Assembly (NCBI GenBank): GCA_002269645.1
Contig: NIVC01000778.1
Location: 62,001-126,000, forward strand
Direction: 5' to 3'
DNA length: 64,000 nucleotides
From: Macrostomum lignano
Taxonomy: Eukaryota
A model generated the notes under the pieces. That model saw only the letters and a list, made by a program, of their open reading frames with translations. It did no database searches and was not told the origin of the DNA. A program made the position numbers and the translations under genes. Shown in pieces: positions 53,801 through 64,000 of this stretch (the stretch's first letter is position 1; every line of letters starts with the position of its first letter).

Positions 53801-54894
53801 GTATCACGGTCTTGTACATACGTAGCTACCTATATCGTTTTAGCCAATGTACATGTATAGAAACTTTTTTGTCGGACTACTAATATGAGTAGTACGAAGC
53901 AATCTGGCAAAAGATGGTTTCATATTTTTGGCTAGACCCTACTTACATTCTGTCAAAAGGCTATTAGCTCACAGCAGCTCTGTGTAACCCTCTCCGAGGC
54001 GCCTGCAGTATGAAAAAACTCCATTTTAACTGCCAAAACTCTACACACCACTCCGCCCGGAACAGTTCAATATACGAAACACAAAAGGCAGCAATCAGCG
54101 CTTTTTAAGTGGCGCGAGCGCGCGCTCTCTCAGCTCTCAGCAACTGGGCCCAGAAAGAGCGAGAGTATAGAAAGAAACCAACGAATTAAAAGCAGCTAAA
54201 TAAAGGGGGGTTGCTGCTTATGCTATAATATACGAGCAGAAAGGAGTTGTTTGGCCTTGTAAAAGCTTCAATACAAATATATGTATGTGTGTATGTGTGT
54301 GCATATATATATTATCGCGTGCGTGAAATTCGATTATATAGGGCGAGCGAGCTAACACACACACGCACACACACATATACCGGTAGCTATATATTATTTC
54401 AAAGGCTGTCTTACTTAACCATTAGCTATTTTAAAAAACCCGTCTGAAGAACTGTCGAAAATCTCTCTATATATGTGTGGAGAGTTCAACTAATGAGCAG
54501 GCTGCAGGCGCGCTTCTTAAAAGCAGCTGTCAACATCGTCATGCGCAATTAGCAATTTAAAAAAATTGCAACTTGAATTTGTACCTGCATTTTAAGGTAA
54601 GCTGCTGAGTGAGCCGACACTGCGAAGACAAAGACAGCCTTTGAAATTTTCTTTGTTCAAGCGCTAAAAGATTTTTGTTTAACCAACGCCTTTAATACGC
54701 GATATTGGTGAGTGATTCTGCAGGACCTGCATGGGCGCACCAATTTCGTGTAGCTTATGCAAGTACTTGAGAAGATATAATTAGTATTTATTAGCATCGT
54801 TAAGTTCTCTTGACCTTGAACAATACACAAATAGGTGTGTATATTAGACACCACATGCCGAATAATGAATGACACAGCTGGGAGTTAGCGCGGT

Positions 54895-55460
54895 GACTCA
54901 CTAGAGACACAGCTGAGATATAGTAGTGACTAACGAGAGACACAACTGTGACTAACGAGAGACACAACTGTGACTAACGAGAGACACAACTAGGACTAAC
55001 GAGAGACACAACTAGGACTAACGAGAGACACAACTGTGACTAACGAGAGACACAACTAGGACTAACGAGAGACACAACTGTGACTAACGAGAGACACAAC
55101 TAGGACTAACGAGAGACACAACTAGGACTAACGAGAGACACAACTGTGACTAACGAGAGACACAACTAGGACTAACGAGAGACACAACTGTGACTAACGA
55201 GAGACACAACTAGGACTAACGAGAGACACAACTGTGACTAACGAGAGACACAACTAGGACTAACGAGAGACACAACTGTGACTAACGAGAGACACAACTA
55301 GGACTAACGAGAGACACAACTGTGACTAACGAGAGACACAACTGGGACTAGCGAGAGACAACTGTGACTAACGAGAGACACAAATGGGACTAACGAGAGA
55401 CACAACTAGGACTAACGAGAGACACTGATAAGATTATAGCAGTGACTAACGAGAGACACA
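54895..55460. repeat. 22-bp minisatellite
   Basis: Unit GACTAACGAGAGACACAACT(GT/AG). Confidence 0.95.
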
Positions 55461-56162
55461 ATCGGGAGGTAACTGAGAGTAAGGGATTACTACAGGAGCA
55501 GTAAATTTTTACTAAAGTTTACCTTTAAAAAAATCTCACTACCACAGGCCCTTGTCTAGAAGTCTCTTGATCAAAAAATGGTATGGAAATCCTTGTATTA
55601 AAGGTACAATAAAATCCACACATTTAATCCCAAATTGACTTTCGATAGTTGCACAACGAATTTCTAAACCAAGATTAGCCAAACTATAAAAGTTCACATT
55701 GAAGTAGCTATAGGATTAAGGGGGGACTCGATCTCTTCTTATATATAGATTTTTTCAGGCATTCCCCTATAATTGCGCACGAAGATTAAGATCTTCAAGT
55801 GAATGGAGTTCGGAAGCCGCGAGGCAAGCTCAACGGCATCCTTTATTAATTAATTTTACCCAATTTATTGATTTCTGCTTCTATCTAAATAATTAGTTTC
55901 TCATTCGCTTTCTGTCTCCGATTGCAGGAACTGCATTGAGGAAAAAATATATATATTTACATGTAACATTGGATAATAAACTTTGAATAATTTTTGCACA
56001 GACACAGCTGCCTGATCTCACTCGAGCAACGAAGGATGCCTTTGATAATTTTGCGGTCGCCCATTTCCACCACTCTGTCTTATGCATCAACGATTCTGTG
56101 CTGCATCAGCCTCTTCCGAGTGTTGAATCCGTGTAAGTTCATTCAGTACAAATTCCCTGTAA

Positions 56163-56830
56163 GTGGGTGGGGCGCCATTCTATCAGGGTTGGACGCCATT
56201 CTATCAGGATGGGGCGCCATTCTATCAGGGTAGGGCGCCATTCTATCAGGGTGGGGCGCCATTCTATCAGGGTGGGGCACCATTCTATCAGGGTGGGGCG
56301 CCATTCTATCAGGGTGGGGCGCCATTCTATCAGGGTAGGGCGCCATTCTATCAGGGTGGGGCACCATTCTATTAGTGTGGGCGCCATTCTATTAGTGTGG
56401 GCGCCATTCTATTAGGGTGGGGCGCCATTCTTTCAGGGTGGGGCGCCATTCTAATAGAGTGGGGTGCCATTCTACAGGGTGGGGTGCCATTCTATCACCT
56501 CTGAGTACCATTCCATCAGAGTGGGGTGCCATTCTTTCAGAGAAGGGCGCCTTTCTGCCCGGGTGGGGCGCCATTCTACAGGTTGGGGCGCCATTCTACA
56601 GGTTGGGGCGCCATTCTACAGGGTGGGCGCCTTTTTACAGGGTGGGGCGCCTTTCTATCACATCTGGGTACCATTCCATCAGAGTGGGGCGCCATTCTTT
56701 CAGGGTGCCTTTCTGCCCGGGTGAGGCGCCATTCTATCAGGGTTGGCCGCCATTCAATCAGGGTGGGCGCCATTTTATCAATTATTAGGATGGGGCGCCA
56801 TTTATCAATTATCAGGATGGGGCGCCATTC
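56163..56830. repeat. 21-bp minisatellite
   Basis: Unit GGGTGGGGCGCCATTCTATCA. Confidence 0.92.
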
Positions 56831-56939
56831 CCAACGTGTTTTGCGCAGTTTCTAACGCAGTTTTATTGCCATTTTCGACAGATAATGGGGAGAAAACAAA
56901 AACACTTGCTTAACTGTTTTCTTTTTTTCAGCGAGTTCA

Positions 56940-57012
56940 ATGGCTTCAGCTCTGACCATATTGAATGAACGCTTTGAACGGGATACCTCAAGGAACAGCC
57001 ACTACGTAAGAG
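56940..57012 (+). CDS. Tentative upstream exon of the WAP-CCP gene
   Basis: Acceptor TTTTTCAG| at 56930, ATG at 56940 and phase-1 donor G|GTAAAT at 57012/57013 fit the next exon. This segment has no signal peptide, although a hydrophobic stretch KFLILILLLAI lies just past the donor. Confidence 0.35.
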
Positions 57013-57262
57013 GTAAATTTTTAATATTAATTCTATTGTTGGCTATAAATACTGATTATGCAACTGAAACGCTTTATTGTGTATGGACAGGTTCCTGCCT
57101 CAGCTTCAATCGTTCAATGTACACACTATGTGCGTACATTACGATCCAAAAGCTTAAATTGAGTGCTCAAACCCAGTCCCTAGATCAAATGTACATTCAT
57201 TAGTGTATAAAAACACAGGAAAACACTTTAACGATTCTTTCCACTTCGTTTCTTTTTAACAG

Positions 57263-60200
57263 CCGCTCCACAGAGAAGCAGCGCCTATTGCAGTCCAAAG
57301 CCTGGCGCTTTCAGTTCTAATTGTCCAAAGCAATCGTGCTCAACTATCTACGACTGCAAAATCAGAGATGTGCCCCTGATTTGCGTGTGCGATAAAGAGC
57401 TTTGTGGTTCTGTCTGCGTTCCGCCCGGTGAGAGCTGCAGTGAATTAATTGCTTATCAATATAATCCCGTGGGGTTGGGGTTGAGGGGCCGCACATAGAG
57501 AGAATCGATATAACCCCACGGGGTGGGGTTGGAGGTGAGGGGCCGCACATAGAGAGAATCGATATAACCCCACGGGGTGGGGTTGGAGGTGAGGGGCCGC
57601 ACACAGAGAGAATCAATACATAACCCCAAAGAGTGGGGGTTGAAGGTGAGGGGCCGCACACAGAGAGAATCAATACATAACCCCATGGGGTGGGGGGTGG
57701 AGGTGAGGGGCCGCACACAGAGAGAATCGATATAACCACATGGGGTGTGGGTGAGGGGCCGCACATAGAGAGAGTCAATATTGGCGTGACAGGGTTAAGA
57801 GGCCGTGGTCTAGTATTGATGTAAACAAAATGGACTGTGACGTAATTTTATTTTTATAGAATAATACTATAAAATATTTTTCAGACGCCGGTTGCGAGGG
57901 TCTTGCCGAGGTGCCGAACGGTAACAAAACTCGAGCAATTAGCGGAAACGAAAACAGGGTTGGCCAAACAGTGACTTACATCTGCAATAGTGGCTACCGA
58001 CTGATTGGCTCATCAACTGTCACCTGCAAAGCTAATTTCAAGTGGACTGTTCCAAAAGAGCGAAGGGGACGCTGTGTACCAGGTGAGAGCACTGAAGAAT
58101 CGGGGAATGGTGAAGAGGCGAAGGTCACTGAAGAATTGGGGGATTGTGAAGAGGCGGAGGTCACTGAAGAATCGGGGGATGGTGAAGAGACGACCGGAGG
58201 TCACTGAAGAATCGGGGGATGGTGAAAAAGTGGAGGTCACTGAAGAATCGGGGGATGGTGAAAAAGTGGAGGTCACTGAAGAATCGGGGGATGGTGAAAA
58301 AGTGGAGGTCACTAAAGAATCGGGGGATGGTGAAAAAGTGGAGGTCACTGAAGAATCGGGGGATGGTGAAAAAGTGGAGGTCACTGAAGAATCGGGGGAT
58401 GGTGAAAAAGTGGAGGTCACTGAAGAATCGGGGGATGGTGAAAAAGTGGAGGTCACTGAAGAATCGGGGGATTGTGAAGAGGCGGAGGTCACTGAAGAAT
58501 CGGGGGATGGTGAAAAAGTGGAGGTCACTGAAGAATCGGGGGATGGTGAAAAAGTGGAGGTCACTGAAGAATCGGGGGATGGTGAAAAAGTGGAGGTCAC
58601 TGAAGAATCGGGGATGGTGAAAAAGTGGAGGTCACTGAAGAATCGGGGATGGTGAAAAAGTGGAGGTCACTAAAGAATCGGGGATGGTGAAAAAGTGGAG
58701 GTCACTGAAGAATCGGGGATGGTGAAAAAGTGGAGGTCACTGAAGAATCGGGGGATGATGAAAAAGTGGAGGTCACTGAAGAATCGGGGATGGTGAAAAA
58801 GTGGAGGTCACTAAAGAATCGGGGGATGGTGAAAAAGTGGAGGTCACTGAAGAATCGGGGGATGGTGAAAAAGTGGAGGTCACTGAAGAATCGGGGGATT
58901 GTGAAGAGGCGGAGGTCACTGAAGAATCGGGGGATGGTGAAAAAGTGGAGGTCACTGAAGAATCGGGGGATGGTGAAAAAGTGGAGGTCACTGAAGAATC
59001 GGGGGATTGTGAAGAGGCGGAGGTCACTGAAGAATCGGGGGATGGTGAAAAAGTGGAGGTCACTGAAGAATCGGGGGATGGTGAAAAAGTGGAGGTCACT
59101 GAAGAATCGGGGGATGGTGAAGAGACGACCGGAGGTCACTAAAGAATCGGGGGATGGTGAAGAGGCGGAGGTCACTCAATACTCAAACTATTGCTTGCCA
59201 TCTAACAGCATCCGGCAACACTTCTCCCTGCGGCCGGCCGAAGGTCCAGCCACACACCATTTTGGATCCGGCTCCGGACGTGAGAAAATCGACCTACTCA
59301 GACGGGGAGATGTTCAGCTACACCTGTGCGCCTGGCTACACTGCCGCAGCACCTGGCCTCACCGTGACCGCCGTCTGCTCAAATGGACAATGGAATATTC
59401 AAGATCTTGCCTGCTCGTGTAAGCGGTTTGACACTTGAGAGTCTGCCTCTCTGCTCTCCATCAGCCCTTTAATCTGCCTCTCCAATCCTCAGTTTATAGA
59501 AAAAGCCCCATTTCATAGAATCTGCCCCATTTCATAGAATCTGCCCCATTTCATAGAATCTGCCCCATTTCATAGAATCTGCCCGAATTCATAGAATCTG
59601 CCCCAGTGCATAGAATCTGCCCGAGTGCATAGAATCTGCCCGAGTGCATAGAATCTGCCCCAGTGCATAGAATCTGCCCCAGTTTATAGAATCTGCCCCA
59701 GTTTATAGAATCTGCCCCAATTCATAGAATCTGCCCCAGTGCATAGAATCTGCCCCAGTGCATAGAATCTGCCCCAGTTTATAGAATCTGCCCCAGTGCA
59801 TAGAATCTGCCCGAGTGCATAGAATCTGCTCAGTTTATAGAATCTGCCCCAGTTCATAGAATCTGCCCCAGTTTATAGAATCTACCCCAATTCATAGAAT
59901 CTGCCCCAGTTTATAGAATCTGCCCAGTTCATAGAATCTGCCCCAGTTTATAGAATCTGCCCCAGTTCATAGAATCTGCCCCAGTTTATAGAATCTACCC
60001 CAATTCATAGAATCTGCCCCAGTTCATAGAATCTGCCCGAGTGTATAGAATCTACCCCAATTCATAGAATCTGCCCCAGTTCATAGAATCTGCCCCAGTT
60101 CATAGAATCTGCCCGAGTGCATAGAATCTGCCCCAGTTCATAGAATCTGCCCCAGTTCATAGAATCTGCCCGAGTGCATAGAATCTACCCCAGTTTATAG

Positions 60201-63070
60201 AATCTGCACCAGTTTATAGAATCTACCCCAATTCATAGAATCTGCCCCAATTCATAGAATCTGCCCCAGTTCATAGAATCTGCCCAGTGCATAGAATCTG
60301 CCCCAGTTCATAGAATCTGCCCGAGTGCATAGAATCTACCCCAATTCATAGAATCTGCCCGAGTGCATAGAATCTACCCCAGTTTATAGAATCTGCCCCA
60401 GTTTATAGAATCTACCCCAATTCATAGAATCTGCCCCAGTTCATAGAATCTGCCCCAGTTCATAGAATCTGCCCCAGTTCATAGAATCTGCCCCAGTTCA
60501 TAGAATCTGCCCCAGTTCATAGAATCTGCCCCAGTGCATAGAATCTGCCCCAGTTCATAGAATCTGCCCCAGTTTATAGAATCTAACCCAATTCATAGAA
60601 TCTGCCCCAGTGCATAGAATCTGCCCCAGTTCATAGAATCTGCCCCAGTTTATAGAATCTGCCCCAATTCATAGAATCTGCCGCAAATCTCTCCTCATTT
60701 CAGTAATAAACTGCGGCGATCCGGGCACCCCAATAAATGGCCGACATTTAAACCGAAACTACACGTTCGGTCAAAAGGTTTCGTACTTTTGCAACGAAGG
60801 CTACAGAATCGAATGCCCGGAACACTCACCAGGATGTGAATAAACAGATTTTGTATTCATGCAACTTTAAATTCTGATGCAAACTAGTTGGAACTTCATT
60901 ATCTACGGGCTGAAGTTTATTATCTAGAGGTTTTAACTTTATTTCATTCATATCTATAGGTTTAAGATTCCATTTCTCCAGGATTTTAAACGTTTACAAC
61001 CATTAAAAAACTTCAAAAAAAAGTCAGTTGGGTTAGAAAACAATCTAAATAGCGTTATCGATTTATACTACTTTAACAAGTAGTACTTAGCAAAATTATG
61101 CCTTGACACAAATTTCAGGTCAAGTGAGAACTTGCGAAGCGAGTGGACACTGGTCTGGCAATTTGCCCAGCTGCAACAGTAAGCTTGATTGATGAAGACG
61201 TTTTTAGGGTACTCGCTCGCCATTAGATGGAGTATAAATCATTTGAAACGCAATATAAAGCCCCGAAGCATTAAACTCAGTAAGACAGCCCTGAAGCATA
61301 TCAGACTCAGTAAGACAATCCTGAAGCATATCAGACTCAGTAAGACAGTCCTGAAGCATATCAGACTCAGTAAGACAGTCCTGAAGCATATCAGACTCAG
61401 TAAGACAGTCCTGAAGCATATCAGACTCAGTAAGACAGTCCTGAAGCATATCAGACTCAGTAAGACAGTCCTGAAGCATATCAGACTCAGTAAGACAGTC
61501 CTGAAGCATATCAGACTCAGTAAGACAGTCCTGAAGCATATCAGACTCAGTAAGACAGTCCTGAAGCATATCAGACTCAGTAAGACAGTCCTGAAGCATA
61601 TCAGACTCAGTAAGACAGTCCTGAAGCATATCAGACTCAGTAAGACAGTCCTGAAGCATATCAGACTCAGTAAGACAGTCCTGAAGCATATCAGACTCAG
61701 TAAGACAGTCCTGAAGCATATCAGACTCAGTAAGACAGTCCTGAAGCATATCAGACTCAGTAAGACAGTCCTGAAGCATATCAGACTCAGTAAGACAGCC
61801 CTGAGCATCAGAATCCTTTAAAACCTGCAACTGAAGCAATCAACCACTGAAATCCAGCTGTCCGCTGCCCAGACCTTGACAACCCGGCCAACGGTTACAC
61901 AAAAGCCGGACGCAACACGGTCAACAGCGTGGCCGAATATTTCTGCAATCCTGGCTACCGACTGAATGGTCACAATAAGCGTCTCTGTCGTCGGGACGGC
62001 ACCTGGGACGGTTCAGATCCGACGTGCAGCATCCAGGACTGCGGACCGCCACCGTTCGTGCCTAACGCTCTTCGGCCAATTTACAGTAGCACGACCTTCG
62101 GCTCCACCGTAGCTTACACCTGTATGGACGGGACAAAGTTTGAAGGCGAAAATGCTGGCCGAATCGTATGCCAGAACTCCGGACAATGGCTGCCGGCACC
62201 GCCTCGTTGCAGGAAGCACTGCGATTCGCCGACAATACCGCACGCTCGGGTGTACATCGGCAGAGCCGGTGGGCCGATAGCTCGTGGTAAAGTGCCCTCG
62301 GATACCACGCTGAATGTGCAATGCAGGGAAGAGTACCAGCTGAAGACTGTGTACTATCCCAGGTGCAATAATGGATCGTGGACTCGACTGCCAAAGTGCA
62401 TTCCAAGTGAGTAAGGATCAACTGCATGTTGTTAACTGGCTGTTATGGTTTAAGAAAATATGAGTAGCTTGTATTTGAATGTTGGATAGGGTTGTTCATT
62501 CTAGTTTAAGTAAGTGTTAGTTATTTTGAACAGGTGTTAGATAGGGCTGTTCATTCTATAGTTTGAACAGGTGTTAAGTAGAGCTGTTCAATCTATAGTT
62601 TGAACAGGTGTTACATAGGGCTGTTAATTCTATAGTTTCAACAGGTGTTAGATAGGGCTGTTCATTCTATAGTTGTAACAGGTGTTAGGGGTCTTCATTA
62701 TAGTTCGAATAGGCATTAGATAGGGTTGGTTATTATAATGTTCGAATACCTATTTTTGATAATCTAAGGAGGAGGGCTGATTAAGGAAACTCAAATACAG
62801 ATCCTAAACATCTTAACTGTACTACTCATACAATACCATTTATAAACAAAAAATAACAAGTAAAAAATCTCTAAAATAACAACAAAAATTCAGAGGACTG
62901 CAACGACAGGCCGCCGATAGTGAAGAACGGCATAGCGAGATTTTACAGCACCCGGCACAATGACCGAGCGATGTACAGCTGCTACGTTGGCTACGAGATG
63001 TCGAGCGGAAGCAGTTCCGTTGTTTGTCGGTACGGGAAGTGGGCTGGGTCGAGGCCGGTTTGCACTAAAA
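57263..63070 (+). CDS. WAP-like + Sushi/CCP repeat extracellular protein (LEV-9/Hasp-like), continues beyond the window; exons 57263..57427, 57885..58082, 59209..59418, 60704..60835, 61119..61178, 61858..62406, 62894..63070
   Basis: All introns are phase 1 and GT-AG, and every exon length is a multiple of 3. The first exon is an 8-Cys WAP-type module (CSPKPGAFSSNCPKQSCSTIYDC..CVCDKELCGSVC). Seven CCP modules follow (C..P.NG...Y.C..GY...C...W....C). Confidence 0.88.
57460..57775. repeat. 54-bp minisatellite in an intron of the WAP-CCP gene
   Basis: GAGGGGCCGCACATAGAGAGAATCGATATAACCCC... x~6. Confidence 0.9.
58090..59175. repeat. 36-bp minisatellite in an intron of the WAP-CCP gene
   Basis: Unit GGTCACTGAAGAATCGGGGGATGGTGAAAAAGTGGA, ~30 copies. 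Confidence 0.95.
59495..60682. repeat. 19-bp minisatellite in an intron of the WAP-CCP gene
   Basis: Unit CATAGAATCTGCCCCAGTT, ~60 copies. Confidence 0.95.
61275..61805. repeat. 30-bp near-perfect minisatellite in an intron of the WAP-CCP gene
   Basis: Unit TCAGTAAGACAGTCCTGAAGCATATCAGAC, ~17-18 copies. Confidence 0.97.
62495..62730. repeat. Degenerate 37-bp minisatellite
   Basis: Unit TTGAACAGGTGTTAGATAGGGCTGTTCATTCTATAGT. Confidence 0.75.
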
Positions 63071-63149
63071 GTAAGTAAGACTAGCTGGATCTATTGCTGG
63101 TCTCAAATACTGCGGCTCTGCAAACAAATGACTTTATGGAGTATCTGAA

Positions 63150-64000
63150 AGGATGTCAGAGAGTTACCCAGCAATTATTTCAGAGAGTTACCCAGAAAGG
63201 CCATCAGAGAGTTACCCAGAGAGGACGTCAGAGAGTTATCCATAAAGGACGTCAGAGAGTTATCCAGCAAGGATGCCAGAGAGTTATCCAGAAAGGACGT
63301 CAGAGAGTTATCCCACAAGGATGTCAGAGAGTTATCCAGAAAGGACGTCAGAGAGTTATCCCACAAGGATGTCAGAGAGTTATCCAGAGAGGACGTCAGA
63401 GAGTTATCCATAAAGGACGTCAGAGAGTTATCCAGCAAGGATGCCAGAGAGTTATCCAGAAAGGACGTCAGAGAGTTATCCCACAAGGATGTCAGAGAGT
63501 TATACAGAAAGGACGTCAGAGAGTTACCCTGGTATCCCACAAGGATGTCAGAGAGTTATCCAGAGAGGACGTCAGAGAGTTATCCATAAAGGACGTCAGA
63601 GAGTTATCCAGCAAGGATGCCAGAGAGTTATCCAGAAAGGACGTCAGAGAGTTATCCAGAAAGGACGTCAGAGAGTTATCCAGAAAGGACGTCAGAGAGT
63701 TATCCATAAAGGACGTCAGAGAGTTATCCAGCAAGGATGCCAGAGAGTTATCCAGAAAGGACGTCAGAGAGTTATCCAGAAAGGACATCAGAGAGTTATC
63801 CAGAAAGGACGTCAGAGAGTTATCCAGAAAGGATGTCAGAGAGTTATCCATAAAGGACGTCAGAGAGTTATCCAGAAAGGATGTCAGAGAGTTATCCAGA
63901 AAGGACGTCAGAGAGTTATCCAGCAAGGACGTCAGAGAGTTATCCAGAAAGGACGTCAGAGAGTTATCCAGAAAGGACGTCAGAGAGTTATCCAGCAAGG
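63150..64000. repeat. 24-bp minisatellite running off the window
   Basis: Unit GTCAGAGAGTTATCCAGAAAGGAC. Confidence 0.95.

Noticed and set aside
58005-59175. Acidic/Ser-Thr-rich ORFs as a mucin-like stalk of the CCP protein
   Set aside because: Frequent 35-bp units shift the frame, and the flanking exons splice in phase without this region.
61189-63998. 210-aa (LKHIRLSKTV)n, (DCLTESDMLQ)n and (DNSLTSFL)n ORFs
   Set aside because: They are intronic 30-bp and 24-bp arrays between phase-compatible CCP exons.

Overview
Eukaryotic genomic DNA with GT-AG introns and the standard code; there are no prokaryotic features. I infer an invertebrate, plausibly a free-living flatworm such as Macrostomum, from the minisatellite-filled introns, poly-Q/G-rich proteins and RNW-type GPCR, but this is not proven. 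Eight genes were assembled by hand from splice signals and reading phases. On + is the 3' end of TAF1. Then come six consecutive minus-strand genes, listed in transcription order: an L3MBTL/l(3)mbt ortholog, an acidic coiled-coil protein, a KCTD10/13/TNFAIP1 (BACURD) protein, sphingosine kinase, an orphan rhodopsin-type GPCR, and an anillin/rhotekin-homology protein that appears to lack the PH domain. Last, on +, is a WAP + at least 7 Sushi/CCP gene of LEV-9/Hasp architecture that runs off the window. Roughly 40% of the window (manual estimate) is about 30 different tandem arrays, and nearly every intron carries its own unit; most long ORFs in the supplied track are artefacts of these arrays. 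Four families of short TIR elements with 8-bp target-site duplications (hAT-type MITEs) are present, plus a three-copy dispersed element with a covarying hairpin. No tRNA, rRNA, CRISPR or autonomous transposon was recognised.
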